The notes under the pieces are model-generated. The model was not told where the DNA came from and did no database searches. It was given only the letters and a program-made list of their open reading frames with translations. A stretch of DNA of 20,000 nt. Source: an uncultured virus (IMG/VR IMGVR_UViG_3300027782_000041) (taxonomy: Duplodnaviria > Heunggongvirae > Uroviricota > Caudoviricetes). The translations under genes were made by a program, and so were the position numbers. Location: the IMG/VR virus record IMGVR_UViG_3300027782_000041. One strand, written 5' to 3'. Below, piece after piece: positions 18,801-20,000 of the stretch; position 1 is the first letter of the stretch, and every line of letters begins with the position of its first letter.

Positions 18801-20000
18801 GGTCAAGTGGTGGCAGTCACAGTGACCGATCCAGGACAAGGATATCGCAGCACTCCCACAGTTGAGTTCAGTGGAGGTAACGGTACAGGTGTTAGGGCCT
18901 ATGTGCATCTGATTGGTGCTGGCATGGGTCAAACGTTCAACACCGAACAAACTGGCGCTGCAGATAGTTATAATCTAGTAAGAACTTTCCGTACTGTGAT
19001 CAAGTATGACCGCTTCCAGTATTTTAGTGATGTACAAACCTGGAGTTCCAATGGAACATATCAAGATGGCCAGTTAGTGCGTTATGATGATCGCGTGTGG
19101 CAGGCCGCCAGTGCTGATTCTACTGCTGTGGTTGGTCCAACTTTTAATCTAGAAGACTGGACAGAAGTAAATGCAGGCACATTCAACAATGGTGTGGGCC
19201 TGACAGGTGTAGACCGTACCATGGGACTGTATGTGCCAGGAGTAAATGAGCCTGGACTTGAGTTGCCCTTGTTGATTGATGGGGTTGATTATCCAGGTGT
19301 GCAAGTGTACGGAGATTATTTCCTAGGCGATCCCTTGGCAGTGGATGCAGAATATACCAGCGAATTTACAGACGCTACACTGGGCACATTGCCCACAGAC
19401 ATCGACGTTGACGGTGGTGAGTTTATTGGTTTATACGAAGGCCATGCTCCTGAAGAATTGGTCAACGGCGCAGAATTTGACACTTTAGACATGCGTGTGT
19501 ACACCCGACCAGGAGCTGACTGGAGCCGTGACGGACATGGCTTCCAACTGGGAACCATAAGATACGAATACGAACCTGCGGTAACTTCAACCCTGAGTTG
19601 GGCAGGTGTTGTTGAACATCCAGTACAGGTGTTGGTCAGTAATATTACCACAGGAATAGATCTTGTGCCAGGTACTGATTTTACTATTGACTGGGACGAC
19701 TACACAATCACATTATTGACAGTCACAGCCGGTGACATTGTGAATATTTCTGTATACGAGCTAGGTGGTGGCAGTCAATTGTATCGTGCCAATTACCTTG
19801 GCGGAGACATTGGCTCCACCGTGATAATTCCAGTGAACACCGCAGAAATCAGCGATGTCTATGTGTTTGTGAATGGTGCGTCAGTGGGCGGCATCACTTG
19901 GATGCCTTATATTGATAGTACTGCATGGGATATATTGGATAGTTATTCAAGACTAGACATTGTAAACAACAGTGGTACCTATTATCGCGCACAGCAAGAC
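6855..20000 (+). CDS. Giant multidomain baseplate/virion structural protein, probable gp7/gpI-like wedge scaffold (3'-partial, >=4382 aa)
   Basis: Manual translation from ATG 6855 (MATVRSVDFLPEIFQTDANKQFLAATLDQLIQEP...) to the window end (...SGTYYRAQQD) shows no in-frame stop in 13146 nt. It occupies the gp7 position after gp6. It has 'FLPEIFQ', 'KGT' (13095-13103) and 'EVKPYH' (18417-18434) motifs, FG-GAP repeats and GSGY repeats. CDS existence is high confidence; the gp7 assignment is moderate. Confidence 0.88.
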   Translation, partial: MATVRSVDFLPEIFQTDANKQFLAATLDQLIQEPNFRKTQGFIGRSVGPGVDPNDKYVVEPTATRANYQLEPGVVSLIPETSQIRDAITYPGLNDAIGFQGGNANRPDRLYSSEYYTWDPFVDFDAFVNFSQYFWVPGGPDTVDVAATGVSTSDNFVVTRANGVYTFSGVNGDNPIIELVRGGNYTFQVAQNETETVNYRVRNSGTSAYVIDFQNNPSLTLARGNTYVFNLTLDGLFPFWIKTQPTTGTGETYTQGVSRNGAVTGLVTFTVPQDAPDTLYYAAQNQASMQGTLNIVDGTPGTGPGFWIQTTPGVSGTVTATPNISSRDVLGVTNNGEDLGTLVFNVPAKDAQSFYYNLTSIGTIDLVTDMQFAQINNQPVSEFISQYNGIDGITNLDGRTLVFTNPIDDTEAGGWYRTSFFDPLLDDASNVGVAGSYDSVPYDYTIDIAPDQRYQKYQISYVNIAGTVYIQVNKIADIASLEKFVIGYGQTYSNTQWYKDATGEFQRIPLLSAVQDTLYYQDGTDPEIFGRIKLIEQTQTNIIYVDEVLGRKTYTSPNGVAFSNGLRVRFTGDVSPASYGSGSSAFEYTATEAGTNYITYNNSTDLYVGQQVVFSSPSLGGLNAGQTYYVRSIAANGLKFTVSAADGGPAVVLANGTGVAAATAISSREYYVSGVGTAIELLPAVNYVVPELYVEDADDSTISTEPGQPDYLTIDRASKDLNAWTRSNRWFHIDVLNATADYNNTTAVLDNNYRAKRPIVQFRPGMRLWNMGTSGKAPVDIIDFEETDAFSNIEGSTSYTTDGYTFVEGTRVIFAADEDTSVRNRIYIVSFVTPDTIAPLIPQPIITLTQASDGLVLLDQSTVCISGTSIAGKTFWYNGIEWTEAQQKTSVQQAPLFNIYNPDGVSFGDGTQYQSTTFAGSKLFSYAISDTTILDPVLQFPLKYLNINNVGDIVFDNNLYVDTFLYVVDNVSITSDISSGSVREYATRTDYQKLIGWQTAAVDQQLYQQFKFSYTGATLKLDVAAVAQTSLAIPVIKIYVGSVFIDPGSYTYTTTADSTVITLLNTYALTDIVEVLVLSDQTSKVAFYQVPDNLQSNPLNSNSQQFTLGTIRTHYQSICENLQTLQGPVNGANNTRDLGNIIPYGLVILQQSSPLTLAGYFMRSTDYNIFASMQYNSREYIKFKAQMLDSVLTQNIGFNTTAQVLDTAIQNVTLGKLDSQPFYWSDMIPAGITYASTPYTVGFITTNVFDTVQVYDFNTQNYLGLLVYLNDQQLTRDVDYTVATDGPRITVLAPLAVGDVLLVNEYNATYGNFVPNTPTKVGLYPSWKPALITQVTSNGNAQFVLGHDGSTTPVFGDIRDDVLLEFETRIYNNLKLDDNPVPLTIDDVLPGQFRDTGYTFEEINTIFSSDFLAYCGWNKLDYNQQNYLANNEFTYNYSSSNNRLNNQPLLGAWRGIYRYFYDTEQPSLTPWQMLGLTKEPDWWQDTYGPAPYTSDNLVLWDDLEAGLVADPVASYTVPKYARPGLTSVIPTDSEGTLLSPLECVVGVTPLNTSFNNKFSKSWALGDGGPVEASWYNSSSYPFSVMHVLAVTRPAKFFALFADRDRYRYNLDYDQYLLDDRYRLDANGVEVYGNGVSKASYINWIVDYNRQTGIDSTDLLTADLQNLDVRLCYRMAAFSDKQYIKLFTEKSSPNSTNTALMIPDQSYDILLYKNQPFDQVRYSSVAVQKVDNGYAVFGFGNQQPYFNILQSQAVGRLATYSSGGITVRIPTFYTNTVVQVPYGFVFNNETAVCDFLASYGELLSTQGLTFTNIANGYVLDWPRMINEFLYWSQQGWGTDAIINLNPLAARLEISRPLAVVDSINTETTENLLLNQNSQEIPPRALNIVRLGNDFSIEPLNLDAISYVDMRFTNYEHMIVLNNQSVFGDLIYDPTTGARQSRLSMVAMTTADWNGSVDAPGFILNQNNVQEWTGLKTYSKGEIVKYKNVYWSALTIVQPTDKFDFNVWTQSDYTQIELGLLPNLANKADQLANSYNINAANIESDNDLLAYGLIGFKPRQYMAALNLDDVSQVNVYRQFLDTKGTLLATELFKQANLGKESADYDVYENWAVQRAVYGANANRSYFELRLDRALLSSNPGLIQVIQPQQVSEADQTIFLSNVWRQSFALTSTDILPVTTELPTDLGLPTAGYVSLDDADITVFDIENSASLAANIDAIQVGTSVWVAKVNSYDWNIYRAQAVPGTIQHVCDNLDNTSRAIFSTNHGLSVGDKLIIKFFDPEINGVYQVLSVPNLTTVNIAFNFTGDRVVANGSGLGFTLQTMRVAQASDVINLPYANNILPGAKVWVDNNGAGLWEVLQKNSVFSDIISLNPVLLDAGEQYGASVAQARNRLAALVGSPRYGFGSGVEYGAIYVYVKSYGDQYIPVSPIGTNDSILTVTTTGVRGLGNSADFGNQTWAVAGASASQGTGSLANVGYAFVIFRDPLLGEPGSIPYTTWQLLTPPTAPDRAVAGEMGYSVAVSQDERWMYVGAPGANQVHAYGQVDWQQQELKVFADGVTKSWDINNSVQIDNIYQLKVSLNRQVQTVGVDYTITGLNTVAFINTPGLFNATAIVPGTEYTILSVGTTNFVAIGAASNTAGVTFTATGTGTGTGTVLEETLIEFARYNSYQIPYTAVTQNLADGLDANGRRLGLATVELDNIYSFSIKLNSNLLRPNIDYTLAGTTVTFLISFISADILVVSAKGYFTYVYTIDSSDVTGGLTAGDRFGHSVCCTTDGRQVLIGTPYKAMANAINTVSNTGVAAGATTYSNLSQYSTSGSGFGAKFDVSRSGSSYVVTVVRGGQDYAVNDTVTILGTSLGGTSVNNLTITVNSVETITETGSTYVFDRNVQRFIYGTDGSTVDFTVLGSVTGPVSVLVNGQFLINQQNSVNAGPGLFNTFTVNGNIVTIDANLAIGDIIEIETNQFQQVQEVEQNIIAEFSNFGQATDICSNNCSLYVGEPQSSQQVFKGGVVERFVNQSRVYGTITATVANPVLDNGDTIRINNIDVAVPNAPNQNVAGLAAAINAAVPNVLASVNAAGYLTLSVKNSGAAPEYDKLQVAPGSIGTTFDDLGFETFAWTQTIESPYATEMAGFGGSVSIDDSAVNLVVGAPRGTLYLETEFDDGTTFFDAGSTVFFSIIVQSGAVYTYDYLPSSTLLITNPGKFVFGQQVNNADVAPYDGFGTVVNYTSGVLMAGAPKNDYSDSTADYGAVFVFENATRTPSWTVLREQQPVVDIRLLNSVFLYDRITSAKSEFLDFINPLQGRILGAARQNLDYIGAVDPAAYNIGPANITGTTWGTQHVGELWWNISSVRFIDPNQDSIVYASRRWAQLFPGSEIDVYQWIVSDQPPGNYTGEGTPLNTVSYTVNSKLTIDGTFATEYYFWVRGITVTATQLGKTLPASTVASYIQDPRASGIAYMAPINASTIALYNSADYIEASDTIISIEFDRELTTDNVHVEYELIPQDRADGFLSTNLYRKFQDSFCGVDTFGNLVPDPNLSPAEQYGVQFRPRQSMFVDRLGALKNYLTRANTVLAQYPIAETRIFNLLNSSEPEPSQTALVNGITVTNWNLRVATQEILGFQTPYWSNPTGSIPIGYKYLVATDSANRGLWTIYTVQNSDVTAGQRVLVLTSVQGYNTPDYWSYIVWNRPGYNTSTKVITEVINYAALSGLTVDIGSSVKVTANAQGKYEIYLRTDTGYERVVLQDGTIEFSAELYDYALGRFGFDLEVFDAQYYDQEPVTETRKIIQAINEELFVDDLAIERNKALVLMFNYVLSEFSAPEWLVKTSLIDVDHRIRELLPFQNYRQDNQEFVADYIQEVKPYHVSVREFNLKYTGSDQSFGDNTDFDVPAYFNTDLQIAKYTSPILLPYEHGTAFNASINIQSDLPASSTVWEEWPYSQWYTNYLLSLDSVEIIDGGSGYNEPPQVTFVGDAVIVAQGTAVINSLGQVVAVTVTDPGQGYRSTPTVEFSGGNGTGVRAYVHLIGAGMGQTFNTEQTGAADSYNLVRTFRTVIKYDRFQYFSDVQTWSSNGTYQDGQLVRYDDRVWQAASADSTAVVGPTFNLEDWTEVNAGTFNNGVGLTGVDRTMGLYVPGVNEPGLELPLLIDGVDYPGVQVYGDYFLGDPLAVDAEYTSEFTDATLGTLPTDIDVDGGEFIGLYEGHAPEELVNGAEFDTLDMRVYTRPGADWSRDGHGFQLGTIRYEYEPAVTSTLSWAGVVEHPVQVLVSNITTGIDLVPGTDFTIDWDDYTITLLTVTAGDIVNISVYELGGGSQLYRANYLGGDIGSTVIIPVNTAEISDVYVFVNGASVGGITWMPYIDSTAWDILDSYSRLDIVNNSGTYYRAQQD
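13989..16607 (+). repeat. Seven protein-level FG-GAP (integrin-alpha-like propeller) repeats within the giant ORF
   Basis: Blades start at ~13989 (YGASVA..LVGSP..GAIYVY), 14184 (LGNSADF..AVAGAS..GYAFVI), 14388 (MGYSVAVSQDERWMYVGAP), 15144 (FGHSVCCTTDGRQVLIGTP..GSTYVF), 15789 (FGQATDI..LYVGEP), 16242 (FGGSVSI..LVVGAP..GAVYTY) and 16506 (FGTVV..LMAGAP..GAVFVF). Confidence 0.75.
14775..14810 (+). repeat. Short 6-bp coding microrepeat (ACWGGY-like units) encoding TATGTGTGTGTV
   Basis: The sequence actgccactggcacaggcacaggcactggtactgtg is visible directly and is in frame within the giant ORF. Confidence 0.6.
18690..18900 (+). repeat. Two tandem protein-level 'GSGY..P.V' repeats within the giant ORF
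   Basis: 'SVEIIDGGSGYNEPPQVTFVG' and 'AVTVTDPGQGYRSTPTVEFSGGNGTG'. This repeat type is common in tail and baseplate proteins of T4-like phages. Confidence 0.65.

Noticed and set aside
770..19651. The many short ORFs in the track (mostly minus strand, 61-139 aa, plus a few alternate + frames)
   Set aside because: All lie within long, motif-bearing + strand genes, show no recognisable motifs, and are the expected antisense or off-frame shadows.
6856..20000. Stop-codon recoding, pseudogene or non-coding explanation for the apparent 13-kb ORF desert
   Set aside because: The frame is fully open under the standard code with no in-frame TAG, TGA or TAA. The gap is an artefact of the ORF caller needing a stop. 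All four visible gene ends use TAA, which neither shows nor excludes recoding elsewhere.
6855..20000. Intein, intron, homing endonuclease or DGR variable region in the giant gene
   Set aside because: I saw no intein splice motifs, LAGLIDADG/HNH signatures, frame breaks, or near-identical DNA repeat pairs by eye. A nucleotide self-dotplot would be the decisive check.
1..20000. CRISPR array, tRNA or structured ncRNA
   Set aside because: The window is almost entirely coding, with intergenic gaps of only 1, 18 and 48 nt and no spaced direct repeats.

Overview
The window is one + strand block of contractile-tail (myovirus) baseplate genes from a large T4-related phage, probably jumbo-type. In order: (1) a 5'-truncated gp5/VgrG-like central spike with no internal lysozyme (<1..1229); (2) a 567-aa Gly/Ala-rich virion protein with an apparently degenerate lysozyme-like domain (1231..2934); (3) gp25 (2953..3330); (4) an enlarged gp6 wedge protein (3379..6855); (5) a giant ORF missing from the supplied track because it has no stop in the window (6855..>20000). 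I translated this last frame by hand and found 4382 uninterrupted codons. It looks like a greatly expanded gp7/gpI-type wedge scaffold carrying nested adhesin-like modules: a 7-blade FG-GAP propeller, ligand-less cupredoxin-like domains, CBM5/12-like motifs, a flagellin-IN-like segment and repeated beta-sandwiches. T4 late-promoter motifs (TATAAATA, CATAAATA) lie in the two short intergenic gaps. I saw no RNA genes, CRISPR arrays, mobile elements or stop-codon recoding. All domain calls are motif recognition by eye, not database hits. The module belongs to a known class of machine; the unusual parts are the giant protein's architecture and the 567-aa protein.
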